Shown here piece by piece: positions 26,709 through 39,548 of a stretch of DNA of 64,000 nucleotides. The notes under the pieces were generated by a model. It ran no database searches. It was not told where the DNA came from and was given only the letters and a program-made list of their open reading frames with translations. The DNA lies in NCBI RefSeq assembly GCF_009914755.1, contig NC_060928.1. One strand, written 5' to 3'. How positions within the stretch are numbered: the first letter of the stretch is position 1; every line of letters begins with the position of its first letter. This stretch comes from the human T2T-CHM13v2.0 reference genome, Homo sapiens. The position numbers were made by a program, and so were the translations under genes.

Positions 26709-28417
26709 CCTTGCTACTGCTCACTTTTTGGGTTAACACTGCTTTTATGAGTTGTAACACTCACCGCAAAGGTCTGCAGCTTCACTCCTGAGCCAGCTCT
26801 GAGACCGTGAACCCACCAGAAAGAAGAAACTCCGAACACATCCGAACATCAGAAGGAATAAACTCCAGACGCGCCACCTTAAGAGCTGTAACACTCACCG
26901 CGAGGATCCGCGGCTTCATTCTTGAAGTCAGTGAGACCAAGAACCCACCAATTCCAGAGACACTACTGTGTGGGTTTCTGTGGACGTAAGTTTTATTGCA
27001 TTTTGCATTTTGGTAAATATCAAGGAGTACAATTGCTGCAACTTATGACTAAAAATATGTTTCATTTTGCAGAGCAGTTCTGCCAAACTGTTTTCCAGTG
27101 TGGCTGTACCATTTTGCATTCCCGCCAGCAATGAAACGAAGTTTCTAATGCTTCACCTTGTCACCAGTATTTGATATTATCAGTGTCCTGGCTACTCAAA
27201 TAGGTGCGTAGTGGTAACTTGTTTTAACTTGCAATTCCCCAGTTACATATGATGTTGAACATCTTTTCATATGATTAGTTGCCATCTTTATATTTTTGAT
27301 GCAGTTTCTTTTCAGATTTTTGCCAATTTTTAAATTTGAGCTGTTCATTTCCTTATTGTTAAGTTTTAAGAATCCATTGTGTATTTTGAGTAAAAGTTTT
27401 TTTTCCCCAGATTTGCCTTATGCAAATATTTTCTCTCAGTCTTTGGCTTGTCTTATTCTCTCCACAGTGTCTTTCACAGAGCAGAAGTCTTTAATTTTAA
27501 TGAAATCCAGTTTTACAAATATTCGTATTGCCTTTGGTATTGTATGTAAAGTCATCATATCCAAAGCCATCTAGTTTTTTTTGTATGTTATCTTCTAGGA
27601 AGTTTATAATTTTTCATTTTACAAGTAAGTCTATGTTCCACTTAATTGATTTTTGGGAAGGGTGTTAAGTGTTGTGTCTATATGTATACATATGTGTATA
27701 TATATATATTTAACATGTGGTTATCTAGTTTCATCAGCACAATTTGTCAAAAAGACTATCTGTTCTCCATTGTATTTTCTTTGCTCTTTTATCAAAGATC
27801 AGTTGACTCTTCATATGTGGTTTTAGTTCCGCACTCTCTAGCGTGTTCCATTTGTCTTTTCTTTCAGCAGTTTTGAAGAGTAATATAGCTTCATAGTAAG
27901 TCTTGAAGTTGGGTTGTGTCAATCCTCTGACTTTGTTCTTCCTGTCAATATTGTGTTAGCTATTCTTGGTCTTTTACCAAATCTATCAATTTTTAAATGC
28001 TGTGAAAGTAGTTTATGTTTAATATTGTGTAACAACACTTTCTGTGCCAACGTAAACGTATGTGTATGTAATTTTTAGCCCCCAAAATTGTGTGTGAAGC
28101 CTGCCCCAATGTGTCAATGTAGGGTTTTGAAAAAAAATTCTAGATAATTTATTTATAGTATTATGGCAGCATAGTAAAAGACAAATGTGAATTCTCCAAA
28201 ACTACCAGAAGGAAGAGAACTGAACTTGTCACTTAAGTTGTTGTAGCAGGCAAGGCACGAATAAGAGGCTGTCAGTACTCAAAGCAGAAGGAGGGACTGT
28301 GGCCACCTGTAGTTATAGTAAAATAAACCTCATGAAACTGTACCTAAGATAGAGAAAAAACAAGAGGAATCCCTGATTACTGAGAATAGCAGTCATTGCT
28401 GGAAGCATCTAAGGAGG

Positions 28418-29006
28418 TGATATGGTTTGGATCTGTGTCTCCACCCGAATCTGATGCTGAGTTGTAATCCCTGGTGTTGGAAGTGCGGTCTGGTGAGAGG
28501 TAATTGGGTCATGAAGGCAGAGTTCTCATGCATGGTTGAGCACCGTCCCCACTTGGTGCTGTATAGTAAATGAGTGCTTTGAAGATCTAGTTGTTTCAAA
28601 GTGTGTGACACCTTCCCTCACTCTCTCGGTGCTGCTCCTGCCATGTAAGAGCTTTCTGTCATGAGTAAAGGCTCCTTGAGGCCTCCCCAGAAGCAGATGC
28701 TGCCATGTATCCTGTACAGTCTGCAGAACTGTGAGCCAATTAAACTCCATATATATGTGTGTGTGTGTATATATGACATAATTATATATGTATATATGAC
28801 ATATGATGTATATACACATATGTATGAAAATTATATATGTATATATGACATACACATATGTATATATGATGTAATTATATATGTGTATATATGACGTATG
28901 TATGACATATATGTATATATATGTGACTTATATGAGTGTGTATATATATGACATAAATTACCCACTCTCAGGTATTTCTTATAGCAATGCAAGAACTGAT
29001 CATATA
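28418..29006 (+). mobile_element. MSTA-type MaLR solo LTR with an internal AT-rich expansion
   Basis: TGATATGGTTTGGATCTGTGTC...GGTATTTCTTATAGCAATGCAAGAAC. Perfect 5-bp TSD GGAGG at 28413-28417 and 29007-29011. Confidence 0.93.
28748..28952. repeat. Complex (TA/TG) low-complexity array with recurring TATATATGAC
   Basis: About six TATATATGA(C/T) units separated by variable TA/TG spacers. Confidence 0.9.
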
Positions 29007-29139
29007 GGAGGTATCATTGAAAGCTACTAATTTGATATAAAAACTCTTTATCATTGTAACGTGCCTTCTCATGTCATTTACTATGTGAAAGTGCTTGCTT
29101 CTTGACTTTGCCATGCCTCTGCTTCCTTTGGGCCCTCAA

Positions 29140-29463
29140 AAAAAAACTTCTACATTCACCATTTAGAGTGCCTCCTCTGACTCTGCCCCAGAAATGTTCA
29201 ATCATTATTCCCTTATGTAAGCCTTTGCTGATTCCCAAGAGCATAACAAATTTTTGACTGTATATGCTCATGATATCATATACTTCTATTTCATAATTCT
29301 TATTAAAGTAAATATTATAACTATGTGTTAATTCTATGTCACTTATCGGAATATTATATCCATAATGGCCAAAGCCATAAAATATTATCTTTTCACTATA
29401 TACATCTTGTCTACAGCCTTTGCATACAGTCAGAATAAGAAACTATTTGTTAAAGGACTAAAT
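29140..29463 (+). mobile_element. L2 3' fragment
   Basis: AAGCCTTTGCTGATTCCC, CTACAGCCTTTGCATACAGT and TATTTGTTAAAGGACTAAAT resemble the L2 tail. Confidence 0.55.
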
Positions 29464-30039
29464 ACATTGTTGGCCTTTGTGAATATACTGATCGGCTATT
29501 TTTTTTTTCTGAAAAGACAGTTAAAAATTATTTCATTTAAATACTTGATGGAAATAAATACTTAGAAACTTTGGAAGTGGCCCCAAGAAATTACTGATGA
29601 CTCTTATGCAAGCAAAAGCAGACTGTCAATTTCTAATTTAACGGCATTACTTGAAAATAATTACCACATACAAATAAGCCAAGAAGAATCTAAAATTACA
29701 CTCTACACCTTGGTGTGGAGCTGAGAGTTTCTTCGTTTTTTATGCAATTATAATTACTTTAACATTAATTCAATAAATATTTACTAAAATATACGTTTAT
29801 TTTGGAATTTGTGACTCATTTGAAGTGAGTATGCCCAGAATCATAACATGAGTTTTCTTTACAATACTAAACCTTTGATTATTATGCTGAGGTTTTATTT
29901 TCTTGAAACTTCTAATAATAAGACAAAATTGCAGTTTCACAGCTGTGATGGTTCCTTGGTTTCCACGGAAGATTTTGCTTTCTTTTTTATATATAAAGCA
30001 GGAACTGAGAATCTATCCATATTCAAATGTTCCCCTCGC

Positions 30040-30201
30040 ATGATGGCTCAATTATTATTGTTGGTACTAATCGTCTCAGTACTTGGCAAGGCTCATTCAT
30101 GCTGCAGGAAAGCAAACTTTCCCAGAAATCAAAACACCAAATGTTCTGAACAAAATAATTGGAGGATAAGGGTCCCCCTAGAATCTGAAATTTTCACTTG
30201 A
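30040..30201 (+). CDS. Hypothetical 53-aa small ORF with a signal-peptide-like N-terminus (unvalidated)
   Basis: MMAQLLLLVLIVSVLGKAHS-CCRKANFPRNQNTKCSEQNNWRIRVPLESEIFT. The second ATG has A at -3 and G at +4. Lies in sequence I cannot assign to a repeat. No homologue recognised. Confidence 0.2.
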   Translation: MMAQLLLLVLIVSVLGKAHSCCRKANFPRNQNTKCSEQNNWRIRVPLESEIFT

Positions 30202-30614
30202 CAGAACCTTGACAAATGTGAGTGGGTGTTTAGTCAAAAGGATATTTGTCATAGAGCATAGCTCACAATTTTCAACACAGCAAAGGAAATATTTGGTTCC
30301 TGTGGTGCAACCGGAGTTTAAATCCAGGTGGACCATTCCAAGTCTCTGATCCAGATTGATTTTTAATTCAGAAGTCAATGGCTTGAAGATTCAATTTCTG
30401 GGATTTTCACAGATGTGAAAGCAATGGCTTCCTTTCCTACCAAAAGCAGTAATAGTAGATTTGTGCCTGACTCCACTCACAAGTTCTACTAGCAAGTCTA
30501 AGTGCCCAAATTAAAGAAAGAGGCAGTATTTCTTTCCGCATGTTTATAAAATGAGAATGATATTCCCAGGGCCACAGTGTTTGTGCTTATGCAGCTTCAC
30601 CTTTGGAAATGGCT

Positions 30615-30673
30615 GAGAGACAGACAGACACACACACACACACACACACACACCACACACACACACACACACA
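30615..30673. repeat. (GA)/(GACA)/(CA)n compound microsatellite with one interruption
   Basis: Read directly. Confidence 0.95.
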
Positions 30674-31029
30674 GAATGTGAATTCATAATTTACTTTTCT
30701 TAACAAAGGTAACTTTTTCAAATTTCACAATTTAAGATTGACTGGCACGTCTTGGGAAAGGCCAGTTATTAAGTGTAAGGTATAGGACACTTTAGAGACT
30801 CTTTGAACCTATCTGTTACTTGTCAAATATGTCTAGCTGTTAAGTAATGCTTTTTATGTCTAACCCATTGTTTTCATCCCCAAGTTAATGCATTTCAGAA
30901 ATCTAAGCTATAAAAAATTGTAAAGTAAAGAAAAACAATGCTCAAAAAGAGAACAACTGTGTGTACCTATGTGATTCTACGTACCCCGACTATTTTGGGA
31001 GAAACCAAGTAGTTTATAAATTAAGGACT

Positions 31030-31180
31030 TATGTAAAGTAATCCTAACAGATAGTATTTTAATTGTCCTATTTTACAACTTAGCATATATTAAAGAACAG
31101 AGCACAGCAAGGTAATTAAAAAGCTTGAATTTTAATTCATGCATTCTTACTTCTGGACCCACTTTCCCAGCTGCTATGTA
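31030..31180 (-). mobile_element. MIR fragment
   Basis: TGTCCTATTTTACA...TTCTTACTTCTGGACCC resembles reverse-complement MIR. Confidence 0.45.
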
Positions 31181-32371
31181 TAAGAGGTAACAAAATTTAT
31201 CTCATGTATACATTTTCCTTTCTTAAATAACATTATCTTTATGTAATTTTTATTCGTACGGGCATGCTATTACATTCATTGATTTGTACATCAAACTGAG
31301 TATCTCAAATGTCCAAAATATTTTAGACCTTTAAAAATTTTCCTGATTTTTTATTATGCCTCTGTATAATCAATCCACTCCACATCAGTCAGTGTGTTTA
31401 TTATTATACATTGAACTGGGTTCATTGTTTTAACCAAGTGATTTTCTGTTTCTAAATTGCTATTTTTTATCTTTGAATTTATTATTTATTCTGCCTCCAC
31501 TATCTTATAATCTAAGTGCTGCATTTTCCCCTAATACTTTCCTTATATCCAATAACTCATACCAATTTCACTCTCTTCTGTAACTGTAGGGATCATCTGT
31601 CCCAGAGACTGTAATTTACTGCATTATACTTTCTGTGCTCTAATTTTTTTTTCTGTCCTCAACCATTTTCATGCCTAAACATGCATACTGCTATGCTAGA
31701 AATAGGAAGTGTAGGAATGAACACAAGTTACATTTCTTTCTCTTGATTTGCTCATAGATAGATGTCCATATGATCTTTTTACTATAACTGAAATATATGA
31801 TACCTACATTCAATTGAGCTTTAAGATTTACAAACTATCTGATTAAATTTTAATGTATTAGTAACCCCTTTACCAAATCCACACTTCAGAGAATGATAAG
31901 ACTGTATCTCACAACTAAACTAAATAAAAGTTCAGTATTCTGATGTTTTTGTACCCTATAAAAATATATTTTAAAAAAACAGGTTAACCCAAATTGGAGA
32001 TGGTGATTTGTTTTATAAATAAAATAACATAAAATAAAATATGTGTGTGTAAATGACAAACTTCAATTATGCTTTACCATTTGCCAAAATTTTCTCTTCA
32101 GTATATCACCTTTTCTTTTATAAGTGGAAGCCTGTCCTTTACATTGCAAGATTTTTTTAAGATAATGAACAAATATCTTCTATTTTGGCATAACTTTTTG
32201 TAGGCCTAATATACTGCAACGTTAGGCAAGAAGCAGACAATAAAATTCTGTAAATAATGCAATAATTTCACATGCAGGTCAAACAACTGACATCATTATT
32301 TTGTCTCTATATGTTCCTTACCTTTATATTCTGCCATTGCTAGATGTTTAAAATAATGCTTACCACAGTGG

Positions 32372-32950
32372 GTATATTAATTTTCTATTGCTGCATAACA
32401 AATTACAACAGACTTAATGGCTGAAAACAATACCCTTATTATTTAACCCTGTGCAGTTGAGGATCCTGGCCACTATTTAGCTGAGTCCTCTCCTCAGGGT
32501 CTCACAAGGATGCAAGCAAGTGTTGGCCAAGTAGCATGGTCACCTGGATGCTTATCTGACGAAGAATCTGCTTCTAAGGACACTCTGAATGTTGGCAGCA
32601 TTTATTTCCTCATGGCTATGGGCCTGAGAGTCCTATTTTCTCCCTTACTGCTAGTTGAGGGTTGCTCTCCGCCCCTAAAGGCCACCTGTGATTCCTTGAC
32701 ATGTGGTTTTCTTACAAGGTGGCAGCTTACTTGTTCATGGCCAGAAGGATGATCTCTCTCCCCAGTCTCCTAAAGTGGCATTATTTATAACATATTGTGA
32801 TCATGAAAATAAATCTCAACACCTTTGGAATATAATATAAACTAATAAAGGGAGTGACATCCCATTAATGTTGTCATTTTAGTTGATCCTCCTAGTCACA
32901 GGTTCTTCCTGTACTCAAGGACAGAGGAGTATTCATGTGTATGTCCACCA
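32372..32950 (-). mobile_element. MLT1E/F-type MaLR LTR
   Basis: TTTTCTATTGCTGCATAACAAATTAC, TCAGGGTCTCACAAGG, GAATCTGCTTCTAAG, GTTGGCAGCATTTATTTCCT, GGAGTGACATCCCAT. Confidence 0.85.
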
Positions 32951-33872
32951 AACTGGTGTCTTGATGTCAGGATGGAAAGGCTAGGAAACTTTCCTATGAA
33001 GTTTGTTACTCTTAGTGAACATTTTTGTTCAATTTACTTAATTTTCCAAACATATATATCAAAGTGGACATGAATCTATTTAACCTTCAGAGAAAAGGAC
33101 TACTAATTAGTAGGATTTTTCAAAGCCAAAGTCTAGTTTCCTCCAATATTGACCCTTCACAATGAAGGCTTTAAATTGACAAATTTTAACGAAATCAGCC
33201 AAATAGTTATAGTCTTTTTCAAGAAATAGATTTTAACCCTGTCACTTACACATTCTATTTACGCACATCTTAATTAGCCAGGAGATGAGTGGTCTCCAAA
33301 ATATGGATATTTAAGGCTTTAAGAGAATACAAAATGTTAGTGTGTCTGACTGCGACACATATTTTTCATGAGAGATTGCCTGCTCACCAAATAAATTCCT
33401 TACTATCTATCTATCATGGTCTTCAATTTTCCAACAAAATAGCCTGATTCATCACTGTTATGCCAATGACACTCTGCTCTATCTATCGTTGCCTACTGAT
33501 TCCACTGGGGATACTTTAATATTTCAGACTTCTGTGGACAATATTGTTTGATATTACAAAATTTCTTGCTCCTAGAAAACGTAAGCAAGAGGGAGTATGC
33601 ATTGACATTGACTTTTCATATAGGAATATCAGCCACTTAAAATAGAAACAGATCTCAGAACATTCATTTTGAACTTTATTACATTCATGATGAAAATTAG
33701 ACGTAATGAGGAAACATGATATGGCTTTGACTGCCAAACTAATTACTCAAAATATTTAAGCCCAAGTTTCTACCTTTAAAACAATATCTGTATCCTATGT
33801 TAAAGATTAGAGAGATACCGTCCAAGCCAGGCCACACAAGACAGATTGTAGCCTTAATGTTGTGGCAAAATT

Positions 33873-33942
33873 GCCTTGTTACGTGATGCTCAGAGTCATT
33901 TTTGGTCGCCTTGTTACATGATGCTCCGAGTCACTTTTGGTC
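33873..33942. repeat. 35-bp tandem duplication (2 copies, 32/35 identical)
   Basis: GCCTTGTTACGTGATGCTCAGAGTCATTTTTGGTC / GCCTTGTTACATGATGCTCCGAGTCACTTTTGGTC. Confidence 0.95.
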
Positions 33943-34587
33943 ACTCTGCCATTTCCAGTTCCTTCCAGTTCTCTTTGTCCCTTTTGCTCTTCTTCCTCCT
34001 GGTTCTTCTAATTATTTATTAAGTACATGTGTTTAAATCATTGTGTCAGTTGTTTCATACAGAGTTTTACTCAAAGGGGGGACCAATTCATTTTCTCTAA
34101 TTGTCTCAGGACCTAATTTCAATCTACATTTAGATTTTTCTCACTACTCATCCTCATACTCAATGAATTACTATTGTCTGCTGCTATGTTCTCCAATTTC
34201 TAGTTCTCCGGTTTCGAAAATCAGTCTCCTGAGACTCTGGGCACGGAATTCAAAAGCACTCGCTATCCTGATATTTGACTCTTAGAGATGCCAACTGTGA
34301 TGCAGTAGAGCTCTGGTAAAGAGTGAAATGACAATTTGGAACTAAACTACACATATTTTCATTTATTTGTTTGGGAATGGATCTTAATGGTTTCAGAGAG
34401 GGTGTGAAAACAATCTACAGAAGGGAGTTACAACAGGGAAAATCCAGAAAATATCCTGGCTTCATGTCTTGAAAATATATTCTAGTGAGGGAGATAGATA
34501 ATAAATAAAATTAAGTAGATATGTAATGTTATGTTAAGTAAAATAACGTTATAAAGAAAAATAAAACAGGAAAGGACATATAGAGTA

Positions 34588-34956
34588 GTGTATATTTCCC
34601 TGAGTTTTGTGAGTTGCTCTATTAAATTAATTGAACCCAAAGAGGAAGCTGTGTGAGCCCCAACTTGAAACCTGTTGGTCAGAAGTTCCCAACACCTGGA
34701 CTTGCAACAGGTCTCTGAAGGCGAAGGTGGGGACAGCTTTGGGGACTGAGCCCAAAACCTGTAGGATCTGATGCTATCTCCGAGTAGATAGTGTCAGAAT
34801 TGAATTGGAGGACACTTAGTTGTTTGCTGCAGAATTGTTTGCTTGCTTAGCGGTGGGAAGAAACTCCTCCCCCAACATTTGGTTACAGAAGTCTTCTGTG
34901 TTGATCATGCTGTGGTGTGGGAACAGATGAAAAATGGTTTGAGTGTCTTTCAGACA
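34588..34956 (+). mobile_element. MER21-type LTR, 3' part
   Basis: TTTCCCTGAGTTTTGTGAG, GGGGACTGAGCCC, GTAGATAGTGTCAGAATTGAATTGGAGGACAC, CAGAAGTCTTCTGTGTTGAT. Confidence 0.85.
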
Positions 34957-35149
34957 TGAACAAGGAGTACCCATGTGTCATGCGAACATTTGTGTCATTA
35001 TACATTTCATGAATACAATTATTTATGAACTAACATTCCACTACTTAATGTCCTTGATTGAATACCCTGTGCCCTCTGGATCAACTCGGAATTTGTTACG
35101 ATGGCTTAGTCTCTTTCTTTACATGCTTTACATGTTTCATTGAAAGATG

Positions 35150-35510
35150 CATCTTATGCATCCTGAATATACTTTACACTTTCTTATAATCAAACTTTGC
35201 ATATTCAGTTCATTTTTGTCAGAAATTTGCTCAAAATTTTCACCTGGCTAATTTCTTGTCATCATTTTTACATCATCTCCTCAGTTGAATATTCTCTGAC
35301 CCCCAAATACTACTCATGTACTGTGTTTGAACCCTTAACACTGAACACTAACATAGCATCTGTCACTTTGTGTGATTATTGGCGTCTTACCTCTCTCTGC
35401 TTCTGGCTGAACTGTTTTGTAAATGAGGACAGATGCTGTGTCTTCCCCACTGCTCTGTGCACAAATCCTGGTGCATAGGTGATGCTTGATTTATTTTTGC
35501 TAAAGGTATC
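35150..35510 (+). mobile_element. L2 3' fragment
   Basis: CACCTGGCTAATTTCT, TTCTCTGACCCCC, CCTGGTGCATAGGTGATGCTT. Confidence 0.65.
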
Positions 35511-35647
35511 ATTGAATAAAATGGGAGGAAGAGAGAAAAGGAGGAAAGGGGGGATTAAATGATGAAAGGGCAGAAAGACTAAATCAGAACCCAGTTACCT
35601 TTTCTCCTTTCCCCGAAGGTTTTTATTTGCGTTTGTTTGATTTTTGA

Positions 35648-35972
35648 TAAGGTTCTCAAATGGATGTAGGGACAGGAAAGAAAAAAAAATAACTAAAGTA
35701 ACGCAAAAGGGAGTTTGAAGACTCTGGGGAACATGAGCATAGCCCTCTTTAATGGTAAAGCTGCTCCTTAATTCTGGCTTGTTTTTGCCATGTGAGAATG
35801 CTGACTACCAAATGTGGCTAGATACTCTGATTTTTACAAGATAATCTTAAATGTGTACTTTGAAATAATAGCTAGTAATTTTAATACCATCATCGTTATC
35901 ATTATTATTGATTGGCAAATGTCGTATTTATGAACAGTGGACAACCTCTCTGCTTTCAGTTTCCAATCTCTG
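35648..35972 (-). mobile_element. MER102-like hAT DNA transposon
   Basis: GGGAGTTTGAAGACTCTGG, TTGCCATGTGAGAATGC, AGATACTCTGATTTTTACAAG and terminal CAGTTTCCAATCTCTG follow reverse-complement MER102. Confidence 0.6.
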
Positions 35973-37854
35973 CTCTTTGCTGATTTTCTAGGACAGTCCG
36001 TTCTAGACATTTCATTTTCAGAATGATGGTTCTGTCTTCAAGCTTTCTTAAAGCATGTCTTTAAACTTCTGGGGTTTTATTTGGAGCACTCTCATATGTC
36101 ATTAAAAAAGTCAATAGTGGTTAATATTATTAATGTGATAGAAATTGTATTCTTAATCTGGCTTGATGTTTTAAAAACTGTGATCGTGTAACTTACGATG
36201 TATTTAGAGATTTTTCTAGTTCTTATCCTTCCCAATATAATGTGGACACAATAATATATGCTCCCTTTTCTTCTCACAATTCATTGTCTGTTTAGTTATT
36301 ACTTAAATATGTCATCAGAAAAAAAATTGAGTTCACATTTTTCTTGGATCTGACTTCACATTTCCATTATTTGTGTTTCTATCCTTTTATGCGCTCAGTT
36401 TTGAATTATAAAGCTGAAAGATTATGTGCATCTACAAATATAATGGTCAAACTTCTTTAAGCATGACCTTAAACAATATACAAATACAATATTCAAAACA
36501 GAACCTATTTTATTTTACTCATTGTGTTATAAATGGCTACCACTATTGTTAGAATTAAACATGAAACTTGTTTGTAATAATAGACTATATTTTTAAAAAG
36601 TATCCATTTGGCTTATTCTAACTCTGGTATAATTATTCTGAGGCATTTAGTACAGGTTTTGTAGTTCTTATTAGGCTAACAAAAGAAATTCTATAAAGAA
36701 CTATAAGTCCATAACTTTGAAATCTTACATCAGCTTGAAAGCTAGAGATAAAGGAATACTTCCAGGGTAGGATCATAATATAAAAGGAGTTTTAGAAGAG
36801 GGACATTTTCAGACTCAGATAATACATGAAGTATACTTTAAAAATATAACTACCTCTAAAATATTGTATGTAATATTTGATATTTTCCTTGAATTGCTTA
36901 TATTTCCTAGTTGCATATGCTAATTTATTCTGAGGCTTGCTTCTCAATTATCTGGTATGTAATATTATATTTTTCTTTCTCTATGTATATATTCTTAGTC
37001 CGTAAACATTTATTCATATGGAGGCTAAATGCAAAGCTAGACATATTGAGGAGCAGGTCTTTGCTATGAAGATATCTCACCCATTAGTTTTAATAACTCC
37101 TGTTAAAGGTATGTTTGCAATTAAGTCTCACTGTGCTGTTATCTACAGTAATCCAAGACAAATAACATGGATGAGCTAAAATCATTGATTTCATTTCCTA
37201 TTATAGAAGTTAGATGATTAGCTGCTGTTTCTTGATGGAAAGCCAAGAGGTAATATTTTGTAGCATATTTTTGATGTTTTCTAAAATAATTTTGCAATAA
37301 CTTCACCAAAATTTTTATTGATCTCCTACTATTTTTAAGTTGCTGACCTAAGCTAATATGAAAAAGGCAAATGAGAATCAAGGAACTTAATGGAGGCATG
37401 ATCCAGATATTCAAATGAATGTCTCGAATCTTTTGAAATGATCTACCAATTGTGCTGGAATGGTAATTACTATGGTTATCTTCAGATAAATCTTCAGGAT
37501 TAAAAAAAAAACACAAAAAGTAGGTTAACAATTTGCCTTTTCTATTATTATTCACTATGTTAATTATTTATGTCTTTGCTTATTATTATGATTGAGAAAC
37601 AAATAGTACCCTAAAGAGGAGAGTGTTTGCTCCCTTAGAAGAGAGGTAAGAAAAGGGGATGCCCCTACATGAACATTTAAAAATTAATTATTTTTAGGAT
37701 GATGTGGTTCTACATCAGAAATGTAGCTCTGATCTAGCTAACTCAACAGCAGACTATCAACTGCAATCTTATGACTTCTATTCTCAGGGTAGCAGTTACT
37801 TTTTGCATTATAATAAAACATCAACACAACTTAGCAGTTTAAAACAAGAACAAA

Positions 37855-39548
<1,694 letters not shown>

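Larger units (their letters stand above)
25512..26962 (+). mobile_element. LTR12C (HERV9/ERV9) solo LTR, full length
   Basis: Starts TGAGAGGTGACAGCGTGCTGGCAG and ends CCAATTCCAGAGACA. 4-bp TSD CTAC at 25508-25511 and 26963-26966. GC/CpG-rich 5' part and ~40-bp tandem enhancer units. Confidence 0.98.
24835..27975 (-). mobile_element. L1MC1-like 3' portion, split by LTR12C
   Basis: TTTTAGAGCAGTTTCAGATTCACAGCAAAATTGAGTGGAAAGTACAG and CCCCACCAGAGTGGTAAATTTGTTACAATC are L1MC1-type 3' UTR. The L1 sequence resumes after 26966 into ORF2. Confidence 0.9.

Noticed and set aside
37139-37555. 138-aa minus-strand ORF in non-repeat DNA
   Set aside because: Non-ATG start, no recognisable domain, composition typical of AT-rich random frames.
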